Source of the DNA: Archaeoglobi archaeon
GTDB lineage: Archaea; Halobacteriota; Archaeoglobi; Archaeoglobales; Archaeoglobaceae
DNA length: 64,000 nucleotides
Direction of reading: 5' to 3'
NCBI GenBank assembly: GCA_029259415.1
Contig: JAPDIW010000005.1
Span: forward strand, 13,805-77,804
Shown here: positions 1-10,425 of the stretch, one piece after another
Layout: each line of letters opens with the position of its first letter
Numbering within the stretch: the stretch's first letter is position 1
The notes under the pieces: model-generated
Seen by the model: only the letters and a program-made list of their open reading frames with translations
What the model was told of the DNA's origin: nothing
Databases searched by the model: none
Made by a program: the position numbers and the translations under genes

Positions 1-589
1 ACCAGAACCTGTCAAAGGGCTCCTTGAACTTCGGCTCATTCACAATCGTGTACTTTCCAGCAAGAATCACGGGGTTGTGCATCTTGTAGATCATGTATCC
101 AGGATGCTTCTCGTTGAAGGGCTCTCTAACAACCTCGGGGTTCTTTTCAGGCGTTCCAAATGTGCGGGTCGCCACATCCTCGGGGTCAATCTTGTAAACC
201 TCTTCAATGTCGAGTGTCGCAAAGGGCTGGCCTTTCAGCATGAGAACTAGCCTGTCTCCCTCCTTGACATCAAGAGCTTTGTAGTCCTCTTCACTGATGT
301 CAAAAAGAATCGGATACGGGAAAATCCACTCACTCAGCAATCTTCTCTCATTGAGGACTCTCTCCAGCTCATTCTGCACCATTGAACCCTCAACGGGGCT
401 GAAAAAGCCGTAACAGACGGACATTATTTCTCTGTAAACGTGGCGAATTGGTGTTCCATCCGGCAGCGTTGTGGGCTTCAGTTCATAAGTTGGGCATCCA
501 GCAATCATTTTTTCGGCAATGTCTCTCTTTTTAACAACTCTCTCCACAAGTTTTCCGCCGTGCGGTGGCGGCATCTTAATTAAAGGCAT
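1..589 (-). CDS. sat: Sulfate adenylyltransferase, N-terminal part (runs off window start)
   Basis: Manual translation from ATG at 589: MPLIKMPPPHGGKLVERVV..., the typical Sat N-terminus (PHGGKLV); RBS GGAGGTGG upstream. Confidence 0.9.
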   Translation of the reverse strand, partial: MPLIKMPPPHGGKLVERVVKKRDIAEKMIAGCPTYELKPTTLPDGTPIRHVYREIMSVCYGFFSPVEGSMVQNELERVLNERRLLSEWIFPYPILFDISEEDYKALDVKEGDRLVLMLKGQPFATLDIEEVYKIDPEDVATRTFGTPEKNPEVVREPFNEKHPGYMIYKMHNPVILAGKYTIVNEPKFKEPFDRFW

Positions 590-756
590 TTATTCCACCT
601 CCTAACCTATGATGTATTTTTTTTCACAGCCTTATATAAAGGTTTCGAAAAATATTTTAATGATTAAAGGTTTTCGAATTTTCAAACTTGGTCAAAACCG
701 CGAAGATTTCAAACCTCTCGAAAACAAATGCCGTAAGAGTTCTAAAATTTTCTCGT

Positions 757-1425
757 TCAGAATTTCGAAATTTTCGAATATCTTTCAATTAAACAGTAAC
801 CCCTCACACCATCCCAAAATTTTTTCATGCCGTCAGTTCTTATTTTGAACTTGTAAAGAGGGGCGTCAAGTACAAGAGTCTCATACTCTCCCCCTTCACC
901 TGCCAGATGCACTCCGTATTTCCTATTTAGCTTTTTCAGGTCTTCAATGCAGTTTTCATCGATTTTTCTACCGAGAAAACTTTCGTCAAGCCCCATTGCC
1001 GAAACGCTGACAATTACCGCTTCAAACTTCTCAGCAATCTCGCGCATTAGCTGTTCAGGATTCATCTTCCACAGTGGTGCAATCAGCTCCTTCCCCGCTT
1101 CTCTGCAAACCCTTTTGAACCTCCTCTTTTGATAATTCGACTCTATCCCTCCAATGCAAAGAGCCTCTGCATCAATTTCTCCGATCTGCTCCGCAAGCTC
1201 ATCCACCTCTTTTTCCTCCTTACCGGAAACGTAGAGCTTTTTCAAGGGCAAGCCAATTGACTCTGCAATAACATCAAGCATGTGGAGGTTCACGGAATGG
1301 AACATGTAAGAATCGGCATTTTTGGGAAATACACCAACCAGTGAAACAATTTCATGCTTCTCTGCCACTTTGTGCAGTGCGAGGATGGAGTCTTTCCCAC
1401 CTGAAATGAGTGCTGCAACTTTCAT
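757..1425 (-). CDS. Diphthine-ammonia ligase (Dph6-type PP-loop ATPase)
   Basis: SGGKDS PP-loop, YMFH, GEGGEYET motifs. Confidence 0.88.
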   Translation of the reverse strand: MKVAALISGGKDSILALHKVAEKHEIVSLVGVFPKNADSYMFHSVNLHMLDVIAESIGLPLKKLYVSGKEEKEVDELAEQIGEIDAEALCIGGIESNYQKRRFKRVCREAGKELIAPLWKMNPEQLMREIAEKFEAVIVSVSAMGLDESFLGRKIDENCIEDLKKLNRKYGVHLAGEGGEYETLVLDAPLYKFKIRTDGMKKFWDGVRGYCLIERYSKISKF

Positions 1426-2390
1426 ACTCTGAAGAACTCTATTTTAGTCCCCAGATTACTCTTAATCGCATTCTCGTAAACGACTTTCGCCACGGCCACA
1501 TCCTGAATCGCCAATCCAGTGGAATCGAAAATCGTTATCTCCTCTTCACTCTCCCTTCCAGCCTTAAGACCTACTATAACCTCTCCTATGGTTGCATGGA
1601 TGTCTTCAACCCCTATAACACCCTCTGATATCGCAACGTTAATCTCTCCACCATGTTTTGCCTGCTCCAAATCGTCAACAACAATTTTAGCCTTCTTCAG
1701 AATTTCAAGGTCGAGTTCCTGCTTTCCTGCAGCATCCGCTCCGATTGCGTTTATATGTGTCCCCTTCTCAACCCACTCGGCCTTAACAACAGGTTTTCTT
1801 GATGGGGTGGTTGTGACAAGGACATCGCATTTACACACCTCTTCGATTGATTTTGCAGAGGCAGCAATTCCTTTTTCTATACAGTGTTCAACAAATCTCC
1901 TGGCGGCCTCTTCTCTTACGTCATACGCTTTAACTTCTTCGATGTTAAAAACTCTCCTCAGAGCTTCAAGCTGGAAATATGCCTGGGTCCCGCAGCCAAC
2001 GAACCCAAAAACTCTGCTATCCTTCCTCGCCAAGTACTTAGCAGCTATTCCACCTGCCGCGCCCGTTCTCAAAGAGGTCGTGTAAGTTGCGTCCATCACC
2101 GCAAGAGGGAATCCTGTCTCGGGACTGTTGAGAATCATGAGCGCCATAACCGTCGGCAAACCTTTCTCGGGGTTGTTAGGATGAGAATTTACCCACTTCA
2201 CCCCCGCATAACCCATTAAATGTGCTGGCATCGCCCTCAAATCTCCACTCTCAAACTCAAGATAAACCTTCGGAGGCATATCAGCCTTGCCGAGAGCGTA
2301 AAGTCTGAAAGCTTCCTCAACTGCATTCATAGCCTCATCCATCGATATCAGAGATTCAACCTCTTCCTGAGTTAAAATCAGGGTCTCCAT
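1422..2390 (-). CDS. ala: Alanine dehydrogenase, ornithine cyclodeaminase/mu-crystallin family
   Basis: MPPKVYL, KWVNSHP, RTGAAG, GCGTQA, FDSTGLAIQD; closely matches the Archaeoglobus enzyme as I recall it. Confidence 0.92.
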   Translation of the reverse strand: METLILTQEEVESLISMDEAMNAVEEAFRLYALGKADMPPKVYLEFESGDLRAMPAHLMGYAGVKWVNSHPNNPEKGLPTVMALMILNSPETGFPLAVMDATYTTSLRTGAAGGIAAKYLARKDSRVFGFVGCGTQAYFQLEALRRVFNIEEVKAYDVREEAARRFVEHCIEKGIAASAKSIEEVCKCDVLVTTTPSRKPVVKAEWVEKGTHINAIGADAAGKQELDLEILKKAKIVVDDLEQAKHGGEINVAISEGVIGVEDIHATIGEVIVGLKAGRESEEEITIFDSTGLAIQDVAVAKVVYENAIKSNLGTKIEFFRV

Positions 2391-2540
2391 GCTATCAGTC
2401 TTAACTAAAATGTATTAAAGTTAGTGTCAAATTTTTCTTACAACGTATCAAGAAAACTTTCTTAATGCAGAAATATTCTTTCAGTAGATGCTTTGGAAGG
2501 GCAGGCAAAACTGTTTTATCCTTCCTATCTACCATAACTG

Positions 2541-4802
2541 ATGAAGCTCAATCGCACTGCCGAAACTGTGCTTAGGAAGAGGTACCTTCTCAAAGATGAT
2601 AAGGGTAACGTAATTGAGACACCTGAAGAAATGTGCTGGAGAGTTGCAAGGGCAATTGCCAAAGCTGAAGAGAATTACGGAAATGATGCTGAAAAGTGGG
2701 CTGAGGAGTTCTTCAAACTTTTGTGGGAGCAGAAGTTCATGCCCAACTCACCAACGTTGATGAATGCCGGAACGGAGCTGAATCAGCTTTCTGCCTGCTT
2801 TGTCATTCCCGTTGAGGACTCCATTGACGGCATATTTAAGGCTTTATGGGACATGGCAAAGGTTCAGAAGAGTGGCGGTGGTACGGGTTTCAGCTTCTCA
2901 AGGCTGAGACCGAAAGGAGACATAGTGAAATCAACGATGGGTGTGGCAAGTGGGCCAGTGAGTTTCATGAAGATATTCGACGCTGCCACGGAGCAAATAA
3001 AGCAGGGAGGACGGAGGAGAGGAGCAAACATGGGAGTTCTGAATGTCCATCACCCCGACATCGAGGAGTTCATAAAGGCAAAGTGGGAAGAGGGTGTATT
3101 AAGAAACTTCAACATCAGCGTTGCAGCTACCGACGCCTTTATGGAGGCTCTGAAGAAGGATGAGGATTACGAACTCATCAACCCCAGAACGGGGGAAGTC
3201 GTGAGGAAGGTTCCTGCAAGGAAGATATTCAACCTCATCGTTGAGGGTGCGTGGAGAAACGGAGAGCCGGGGATGATTTTCATCGACACAATCAACCGCT
3301 ACAACCCCACACCCCACGTGGGGATGATTGAAGGTACTAATCCATGCGGTGAACAACCCCTTCTGCCGTACGAATCCTGTAACCTCGGCAGCATCAACCT
3401 CGCAAAATTCGTTAAAGATGGTGAAATTGACTGGAATGGGCTTAAAGAAGTTGTCTGGACCGCTGTAAGATTTCTTGATGACGTTATTGACGTTAACAGC
3501 TATCCTATCTCTGAAATTGAGCAGATGACGAAAGCGAATCGCAAAATTGGTCTGGGCGTGATGGGCTGGGCAGACACTCTTTTCCTGCTCAGCATTCCTT
3601 ACGACAGCGAGGAGGCGATTCAGCTTGCTGAGAAGGTGATGAAGTTCATTCAGGGGGAGAGCCACAAAGCTTCGCAGCAACTGGCTGAAGAGAGAGGAGT
3701 TTTTCCGAACTGGAAGGGGAGTGTGTGGGAGAAGAAAGGGATGAAGATGAGAAACGCGACAACCACAACTATTGCCCCCACAGGCACGATAAGCATCATA
3801 GCAGGATGTTCGAGCGGGATTGAGCCAATTTTTGCTCTCGCATACAAGAGAACAAACATCCTCGATGGAGAGGAGTTTTTCGAGATAAATGAGATATTTG
3901 AGGAAGTTTTAAGGAAGAGAGGCCTCTACAGCGACGAGCTCATTGAGAAGGTCGCTGAGAGGGGTAGTATTCAGGAGATAGAGGAGATTCCGGAGGATAT
4001 AAGGAGAGTTTTCAAATGTGCTCTCGACATCCCGCCAGAGTGGCACGTCAAAATGCAGGCAGCCTTCCAGAAGTACACGGACAATGCAGTTAGCAAGACA
4101 ATTAACATGCCGAACTCTGCGTCAAGAAAAGACGTAGAGAAGGCATTTTTGCTGGCTTACGAGCTTGGATGCAAGGGAATTACCGTTTACAGGGACGGGA
4201 GCAGGGAGGAGCAGGTTTTGAGGATAAAGAAGGCTGAAGAGGAGAAGAAAGAGAAAGAAGCGAAGCCGAGACCACCGGCAAAGTACATCGAGCCAAGGCC
4301 AAGGCCCAGAATAACAACGGGCAGAACGATTGAAACGAGGACGGGTTGCGGTTCCCTTTATGTTACCATCAATGAGGATGAATATGGAATTGCAGAAGTT
4401 TTCGTCCAGCTCGGAAAGAGTGGAGGTTGTGCCGCTTCCCAGACAGAAGCCATGGGAAGACTTCTGTCTGTCGCACTGAGAAGCTGGATTGATCCGGAGG
4501 TGCTCATAAGGCAGCTGAAGAATATCCGCTGCCCCTCGCCAGGTTTTGATAACGGAGAGGTTATCACGTCCTGTGCGGATGGTGTGGCAAAGGTTCTCGA
4601 AAAGTACCTCAAGGGAGAGTACAAGAAGATAAAGTTCGAGGTTGAAGGAATTAAACCGCTGACAGCATTCACCGGAGAAGAGGAAGAGAAGGAACCAAGG
4701 ACGAAGCAGATTGGCGGTGTTTGCCCTGAATGCGGTAACGTGTTAGAGTACGGGGAGGGCTGCGCAACCTGCAGGTTCTGCGGGTTTACGAGATGTGGTT
4801 GA
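2541..4802 (+). CDS. nrdJ: Class II (B12-dependent) ribonucleotide reductase with C-terminal TSCPD/Zn-ribbon region
   Basis: PNSPTLMNAG, LSACFV, TNPCGEQPL, TTIAPTGTIS, terminal CxxC-CxxC. Confidence 0.95.
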   Translation: MKLNRTAETVLRKRYLLKDDKGNVIETPEEMCWRVARAIAKAEENYGNDAEKWAEEFFKLLWEQKFMPNSPTLMNAGTELNQLSACFVIPVEDSIDGIFKALWDMAKVQKSGGGTGFSFSRLRPKGDIVKSTMGVASGPVSFMKIFDAATEQIKQGGRRRGANMGVLNVHHPDIEEFIKAKWEEGVLRNFNISVAATDAFMEALKKDEDYELINPRTGEVVRKVPARKIFNLIVEGAWRNGEPGMIFIDTINRYNPTPHVGMIEGTNPCGEQPLLPYESCNLGSINLAKFVKDGEIDWNGLKEVVWTAVRFLDDVIDVNSYPISEIEQMTKANRKIGLGVMGWADTLFLLSIPYDSEEAIQLAEKVMKFIQGESHKASQQLAEERGVFPNWKGSVWEKKGMKMRNATTTTIAPTGTISIIAGCSSGIEPIFALAYKRTNILDGEEFFEINEIFEEVLRKRGLYSDELIEKVAERGSIQEIEEIPEDIRRVFKCALDIPPEWHVKMQAAFQKYTDNAVSKTINMPNSASRKDVEKAFLLAYELGCKGITVYRDGSREEQVLRIKKAEEEKKEKEAKPRPPAKYIEPRPRPRITTGRTIETRTGCGSLYVTINEDEYGIAEVFVQLGKSGGCAASQTEAMGRLLSVALRSWIDPEVLIRQLKNIRCPSPGFDNGEVITSCADGVAKVLEKYLKGEYKKIKFEVEGIKPLTAFTGEEEEKEPRTKQIGGVCPECGNVLEYGEGCATCRFCGFTRCG

Positions 4803-4856
4803 ATTATTTTTTAACTTATTTTCAACTTGCCTATCGTCTGGTTACAATCCCACATC

Positions 4857-5921
4857 TCATCCCAGAATCTGAATCAGCACTCCTGCAGCAACCGCTGATC
4901 CGATAACTCCAGCCACGTTCGGCCCCATCGCATGCATGAGAATGTGGTTTGAAGGGTCCTCCTCTACTGCTAGTCTTTGCACAACTCTTGCCGACATTGG
5001 AACAGCAGAGACTCCCGCGGCACCAATCATGGGGTTTATCTTCTCCTTAAGAAACAGGTTCATGAGCTTGGCAAGCAGCACTCCTCCTGCTGTCGCTGCG
5101 GCAAAGGCAACAACTCCAAGAGCTAAGACGAGAAGCGTTTTCTGAGTAAGAAAGCTCTCCGCCCTCATCGTGCTTCCAACGGAGAGGCCAAGAATTATCG
5201 TCATTATATTCATCAGTTCCTCACTCGCTCCCTTCGCCAGTCTGTCGGTGACACCGCTCTCCCTGAACAGGTTGCCCGTCATGAGCATTCCCACAAGGGG
5301 GAGAGCTTTAGGGGCGAGGAAACCGGAAATGATTATGGTTGCAATTGGAAAGATTATTTTCTCCCTTTTTGACACCACTCTGAGCTGCTTCATCTTGATC
5401 TTCCTCTCCCTTCTCGTCGTGAGTGCTTTGATGATTGGCGGCTGGATAATCGGGACGAGGGACATGTAGCTGTAAGCAGCTACAGCTGTAGCTGCGAGCA
5501 GGTGTGGGGCAAGAATTGTTGTTGTGTAAATCGTCGTCGGGCCGTCAGCACCGCCGATTATACCTATTGATGCAGCCTCCTGCGGAGTGAAGCCGAGAAA
5601 AAGTGCAGCAATAAGGGCTGCAAAAATGCCAATCTGGGCTGCAGCGCCCAGCAAGAACGTTTTCGGATTTGCGAGTAAAGGCGAGAAGTCAGTCAATGCC
5701 CCCAATCCGAGAAATATTAATAGGGGAACTATTTCGGTGTGGATGAGGTATTTCAGGAAGAGGTCGAAAATGCTCCCCTCCTCAGCCAGCCCCGCACCGG
5801 GAATGTTGACGAGGATTGCCCCTATCCCGATTGGCACGAGGAGGAGGGGCTCCATTCTCTTGACTATCCCTAAATAAATCAAAACCAATCCAACACCTAT
5901 CATCACAAAGCTTCCGAGCAT
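4857..5921 (-). CDS. Na+-translocating carboxylic acid decarboxylase beta subunit (OadB/MmdB)
   Basis: [38 protein letters not shown]; start placed at MLGSF after RBS GGTGA. Confidence 0.93.
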   Translation of the reverse strand: MLGSFVMIGVGLVLIYLGIVKRMEPLLLVPIGIGAILVNIPGAGLAEEGSIFDLFLKYLIHTEIVPLLIFLGLGALTDFSPLLANPKTFLLGAAAQIGIFAALIAALFLGFTPQEAASIGIIGGADGPTTIYTTTILAPHLLAATAVAAYSYMSLVPIIQPPIIKALTTRRERKIKMKQLRVVSKREKIIFPIATIIISGFLAPKALPLVGMLMTGNLFRESGVTDRLAKGASEELMNIMTIILGLSVGSTMRAESFLTQKTLLVLALGVVAFAAATAGGVLLAKLMNLFLKEKINPMIGAAGVSAVPMSARVVQRLAVEEDPSNHILMHAMGPNVAGVIGSAVAAGVLIQILG

Positions 5922-5925
5922 CAGC

Positions 5926-6360
5926 TCACCGCTGAATGATTGCCACAACATCTCCCGCTTCTATCCTCTGCCCCTCCTTCACCGTGATTTCAGCAACAAC
6001 ACCATCAACGGGGCTTACGATTTCATTTTCCATCTTCATCGACTCGATTATCACAACCGGATCTCCGGCTTTTACCCTGTCTCCCGGACTGACAAGAATT
6101 TTAAGCACAACTCCCGGAAGCATCGACGTTACAGCTTCTCCTGTTCCCTTCAGCTCATTCCTGACTTCAGATATCAGAGCAGAAGAGGCAACCGGCTCAA
6201 ATTGTGTTTTTTCCACTGTTCTTTCCACCCTCTCGTAGATGTCCTCAACAACAACCTCAGCCTCCTTTTCGCCAACCTTTACCCTGTAAACTCCCTCTCT
6301 GAGCTTCTCCACACCGACTTTGAAGTCCACTCCGTCCACCCTGATTCTGTAAAACCTCAT
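5926..6360 (-). CDS. Biotin carboxyl carrier subunit of the decarboxylase
   Basis: ESMKMENEI biotinyl-lysine motif; operon context. Confidence 0.9.
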   Translation of the reverse strand: MRFYRIRVDGVDFKVGVEKLREGVYRVKVGEKEAEVVVEDIYERVERTVEKTQFEPVASSALISEVRNELKGTGEAVTSMLPGVVLKILVSPGDRVKAGDPVVIIESMKMENEIVSPVDGVVAEITVKEGQRIEAGDVVAIIQR

Positions 6361-6644
6361 TCCACCCACCTCATTGCATACAGTCTGGCAACCTTTTTCC
6401 AGTTCTTTGGAGGTTCAACATCCACAACCTGCATTCCTTCGTGCCTCATCAAAGCTGCAACGATTGCAAAGATTTCCTTATCGCTAAATCCTGCTTCCTT
6501 CAACTTGGAGACTGGTTTTACTTCCTTAACCTCTCCCCTTCCAGCCAGCTTTCCCATAGTCCACATAAATAGCGCCAAAACAGATAAAACGAGAAATACA
6601 ACGCTCATTCCCTCCACTGTGAGCATTAAGGCCAGATCTATCAT
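6357..6644 (-). CDS. Decarboxylase OadG/delta-type subunit
   Basis: GMSVVFLVL TM segment and W-K-x-x-A-R tail; operon context. Confidence 0.8.
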   Translation of the reverse strand: MIDLALMLTVEGMSVVFLVLSVLALFMWTMGKLAGRGEVKEVKPVSKLKEAGFSDKEIFAIVAALMRHEGMQVVDVEPPKNWKKVARLYAMRWVE

Positions 6645-6681
6645 CCATCCTCCCTAAACCTTATGATTAAAAAGTTTTGGT

Positions 6682-7317
6682 TTACTCAGATTTGTAAGCG
6701 TGAACGAATATGTGGTCTTTATGATAGGGCATTAAGCTTCCATGGTTGACGATTTTAAACTTCTCGCCCATTTTTCTCAGAACGGACTCAAAAACCTCTT
6801 CAGGCTCAGCAGTGGAGTCTATGCTCCTCGCCTTGACCATTATGATTACCTCTCCACCCCTTTTGAGGAAGAACTCAGCATTGCTCTCCAGTATTTCAAT
6901 CTGGTTTTTCTGGGCTATGTCCTGATAGATTAGATCGACCTTCTCAACTATTCCGCTGTACTTCCAGGGCTTTGAGGCGTCGAATAGAAGGGGGATTATG
7001 TTGTTCCTTTCTCTGGCAAGCTCTAAAAGCTTTTCAAATGGCTTTGCCGCATACTCAACAGCATAAATTAACCCTTCATCCACGATGTCTGCCAGGTGAC
7101 TTACAGTCGTCCCGCTTGCCGCACCAAGGTAGAAGACTTTCTCATCCCCCCTCAGCTTTAGCCTGTGTCCCTTTAAAATCATCGCTGCAAGCTTGCTTCT
7201 CCACGGAATCCACTCTCTAAAGCCATCAAAGACCTTCTCTCCGTAGTGGGAGCCGTACTTGCTCTTTGTCACCAGCGTTCCATCCTTCAGGTAAACGTTT
7301 CTCATCAGCTCTTTCAT
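6682..7317 (-). CDS. flpA: Fibrillarin, box C/D rRNA 2'-O-methyltransferase
   Basis: WIPWRSKLAA, YLGAASGTTVSH, YQDIAQKNQ. Confidence 0.96.
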   Translation of the reverse strand: MKELMRNVYLKDGTLVTKSKYGSHYGEKVFDGFREWIPWRSKLAAMILKGHRLKLRGDEKVFYLGAASGTTVSHLADIVDEGLIYAVEYAAKPFEKLLELARERNNIIPLLFDASKPWKYSGIVEKVDLIYQDIAQKNQIEILESNAEFFLKRGGEVIIMVKARSIDSTAEPEEVFESVLRKMGEKFKIVNHGSLMPYHKDHIFVHAYKSE

Positions 7318-8099
7318 TTCCTCCTCAACTCCTCGTATCTCTTCCTGATGCTCTCATAAAGGCTTTCGTCAACCTCTCCCCTGAAGTAGTCGATTTTAGC
7401 TGCGATAGCCAGCTTTGCAGCCAAGAACCTCGCCATCTTTCCCCTTTTGGATTTCGGAAGTGTCCTTATGAATGGATGCAGAAATATAATTCCGTGCTTT
7501 GGTATTTTTGCCTTCTTGCCCTTCCTCATTCTCGCAAATGCCTTGTAAAGGCTCTTTTCAGCTCCGATAACCTGAATCTTGCTTGCCGGCAACCTTACCA
7601 GCCTTTCCATACTCCCAGCCCTTTCGAGGAGCTTTGCTGCAATCTTTGCCCCAACAAGCTCCGTCATGTTCGGTGCTATCTTCTCCATAACGTCTTCAAT
7701 TTCCCTCTCAACCTCTCTCCTCAGCTCCCTCAACTCCTTGATTTTACCTTCAAACTTCTCCGTTATATCGGACTCCTTGACGGCCTTTATGTCTTCAAGC
7801 TTCTCGTTGAGCATGTTTATCGCTTCATCGATTTCCTCAAGAGCTTTTACGAGGGCAACAACGTATCTGTCCTCTCTCCTGAGTTCTTTCTCAACCTGCT
7901 TTTCAGACACCTGCAGAGCGGTTTTGCGTAAAATTCGGTAATAATCCTCTCCCAAAACCTGCATTCCCAGCTCAGAAACGTTAAAAGGAAGTGGAGAAGG
8001 GTTTTCGGCCTTTAGAAAAGATTCCTCGAAATTATCACTTAGCATAACCTCCTTTCCGTCGTAAACTCCAAACCAGAGGTTATACTTCAATTTCGACAC
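7314..8099 (-). CDS. nop5: Nop5/Nop56 box C/D RNP protein
   Basis: APNMTELVG, PASKIQVIGAEK, PKHGIIF, GKMARFLAAK. Confidence 0.95.
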   Translation of the reverse strand: MSKLKYNLWFGVYDGKEVMLSDNFEESFLKAENPSPLPFNVSELGMQVLGEDYYRILRKTALQVSEKQVEKELRREDRYVVALVKALEEIDEAINMLNEKLEDIKAVKESDITEKFEGKIKELRELRREVEREIEDVMEKIAPNMTELVGAKIAAKLLERAGSMERLVRLPASKIQVIGAEKSLYKAFARMRKGKKAKIPKHGIIFLHPFIRTLPKSKRGKMARFLAAKLAIAAKIDYFRGEVDESLYESIRKRYEELRRK

Positions 8100-9021
8100 C
8101 TCTGTTTCTCGCCTTGGTTATCAAAGTCCTGCACTCGTATCCATTTTCTGCGAAATAGTCTTTAAAGCTCCTCTCAATCTCCCTAGCATTCGTGTCTGTG
8201 ATGGCGTAAACCGTAGGGCCTGTAGAACTCATTCCCGCGCAGTCTGCAAGGTCGAAGCAACCTTTAATCAGATCACCGTACTGCTCGACTTCCGCCTTCT
8301 TGAAGCCAAGCTCCTGAATTCGTCTTATTGTCGCTGCGAAACTGTCGAGGTCGGCTTCAACAACTGCGGGGAGCATTTTCATGAGTATGAGGTGGCAAAT
8401 CTCCCTGACATCATCAAGCGGGACGGGACAGCTTTTCTGAAACAGGTTGACTTCAGCATCGCCAAAAAAGCCCTTAAGTTCAGGAATTGCAAGAACAACA
8501 TCCCAGTCAGGAAAGTCGAGCCTCGCAATCATAGGGGCAGGTTTCGCCTTGCTCGCTGATGAAGGCAGAAAGCTTTTCTTCTCCTTCGTTGAATGCCCGC
8601 CATCTACAACCAGCCCTCCGTGGTCGAAAACAGCCACTCCAATGCCAGAAGTCCCCCCTCTGCCCATTATTTCTGCAATCTGCCTCGTTGTCAGATTCAG
8701 ACCGTAAAGCTCACTGAACGATTTTCCAACGGCAAGGCTGATCTGCGTACCACTTCCAAGTCCGACATGAGCTTCATAATCGGAGAGAACCTCAATTTCA
8801 GCGCCCTTTCCACAGTATTTGATCATCTTTTCTGCTGAAAGATTAAATCTCTCGCGGTTGATTGGATCTCCTTTGAGAATAAAACCATCGTGTTCTTTAA
8901 CTCTGATTTCGATGTGGGGCTCCTCCAGAGCCAGCCCCACACCGCCATCCACTCTCCCTATCGCACCGTTGAGGTCGATGAGCGTGATGTGTATTCTCGA
9001 AGGTGTCCTCAATTTTAGCAT
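8080..9021 (-). CDS. beta-Ribofuranosylaminobenzene 5'-phosphate synthase (GHMP family)
   Basis: TPSRIHITLIDL, HVGLGSGTQ, GRGGTSGIG, GGLVVDGGH. Confidence 0.9.
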   Translation of the reverse strand: MLKLRTPSRIHITLIDLNGAIGRVDGGVGLALEEPHIEIRVKEHDGFILKGDPINRERFNLSAEKMIKYCGKGAEIEVLSDYEAHVGLGSGTQISLAVGKSFSELYGLNLTTRQIAEIMGRGGTSGIGVAVFDHGGLVVDGGHSTKEKKSFLPSSASKAKPAPMIARLDFPDWDVVLAIPELKGFFGDAEVNLFQKSCPVPLDDVREICHLILMKMLPAVVEADLDSFAATIRRIQELGFKKAEVEQYGDLIKGCFDLADCAGMSSTGPTVYAITDTNAREIERSFKDYFAENGYECRTLITKARNRGVEIEV

Positions 9022-9122
9022 AGCAGGTTATTGATTTAAGGTTTAAAAACGCTTTTCGAATTGAAGTGATGTGCCAGAAGGAAGGTAAATACCGAGGTCT
9101 ACTTACCGAGCATTCGACTAAC

Positions 9123-9559
9123 TTAACACAAACATTGGTTGTAGTACAGCATAAACAGCTTGCAGAAAATATTCCAGTTTCTAAAGGCAGCTAATAGAGC
9201 AAAAGAATCTGCTTCAGCGAGCTAAACACCAGATTCGACCAAACTACCTTCACGAGGCCTATGCTCGTATTCCAAACAAAGATTCTCTAGAATGCCAATC
9301 AGCCAGCTTTATCCACAACAAATTTTCGGCTTGTTCTCAGTATTCGGGCAATTCCCTGAATTTTTCAATAATTCTCCTCGCGCGTAGTAACGTTTTTCAT
9401 TGGCTTTAACAACCGTTTCGTCTTCTTTATCCAGACAGAGGTTTTTGAGACAGGAAGCATCTCGGAAAGAATATGCTAAATACTAATTTTAATTTCGAAG
9501 GGTACTTTGTTTCTTGTGAATACCTTAAGCTCCTTAACGATTTCCCTTACTAATTGCAT
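9123..9559 (-). pseudogene. Degenerate IS6-family transposase
   Basis: Fragments in shifting frames: FTRNKVP, PVSKTSVW, KFVVDKAG, EYEH, VES/VFSSLKQ, FFCSI, CKLFMLYYN; many stops. Confidence 0.65.
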
Positions 9560-9714
9560 AAACTATGTTTCAGAATTATAGGTTTTTAGTAATGTGGACA
9601 TATCCAAAGAAGTCAGAAATGCCAAACTTATCATCCAATTTTTGAAATCTCCTAATAGATAATTGAGGCACTTTTGTTCAATCATTAAGCAATATAATTT
9701 AAAAATAAAAATAT

Positions 9715-10365
9715 TTATTCTCTTCTACCAGCAAATCCTGCAGCAACAGCTACTCCCACGATCCCAACTAGAAACTCGAATCCTGGTATCGATGGCACTT
9801 CGCTCTTAGCGTAAATTCTTGCGTTAAATGCATCTGCTCCCGTCAAATGCCACTCTGCCTAATAACATTCGCGTTTGAGTCAACTATTTTCCCGGGCATC
9901 TCCAAGTAATAATGTAGTGCAAAGGAACTTAGAACGGCTTTCGTAAACTCATCTGTCGGTTGTTGCTCATTTTCAGATGCCCATGTTAGATCTTCGAACA
10001 CTATGTGATTACCCTCTTTCCACACCCCTATTTTCGAATTATCCTTGGGTATGAAGTCTCGCACCTCGATTATTATAGACACTTTGTCACCTTCATCGTA
10101 TGTGATTTTATCCCGTACTTCCTCACCGAGGTCCATCTCCTTAGTGAAGTTGCTTAGGAAAGCTTCACGCAGTGAAGAGTATCCTTTCTTCTTCGCACCC
10201 TCGGTTAAAAGCGCGTACACGTACGAACTTGTGTTTATAATCAGCTTATAGTTCTCAATTGCACCGTCCTTATTCACTTTGGTGTTCACGCTTAACGTTG
10301 CGCAACCGCTGAGTTAGAGCAGCAATCAGTACAAGCAAAGTTAAAACAAGCAATTTCCAATTCAT
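9715..10365 (-). pseudogene. Lipoprotein with PGF-CTERM sorting signal, broken by two frameshifts
   Basis: MNWKLLVLTLLVLIAAL / SGC lipobox; 148-aa middle ORF 9843-10289; tail AEWHLTG...IPGFEFLVGIVGVAVAAGFAGRRE in another frame. Confidence 0.7.
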
Positions 10366-10425
10366 GATATCCTCCTTGATTTACTACCAATATAACTTTT
10401 ACCAAAAAATTTTCTTCGGATCAAA

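Noticed and set aside
9066-9097. Possible box C/D guide RNA next to the fibrillarin-nop5 operon (GTGATGT...CCGA)
   Set aside because: Both boxes deviate from RUGAUGA/CUGA and there are no internal C'/D' boxes.
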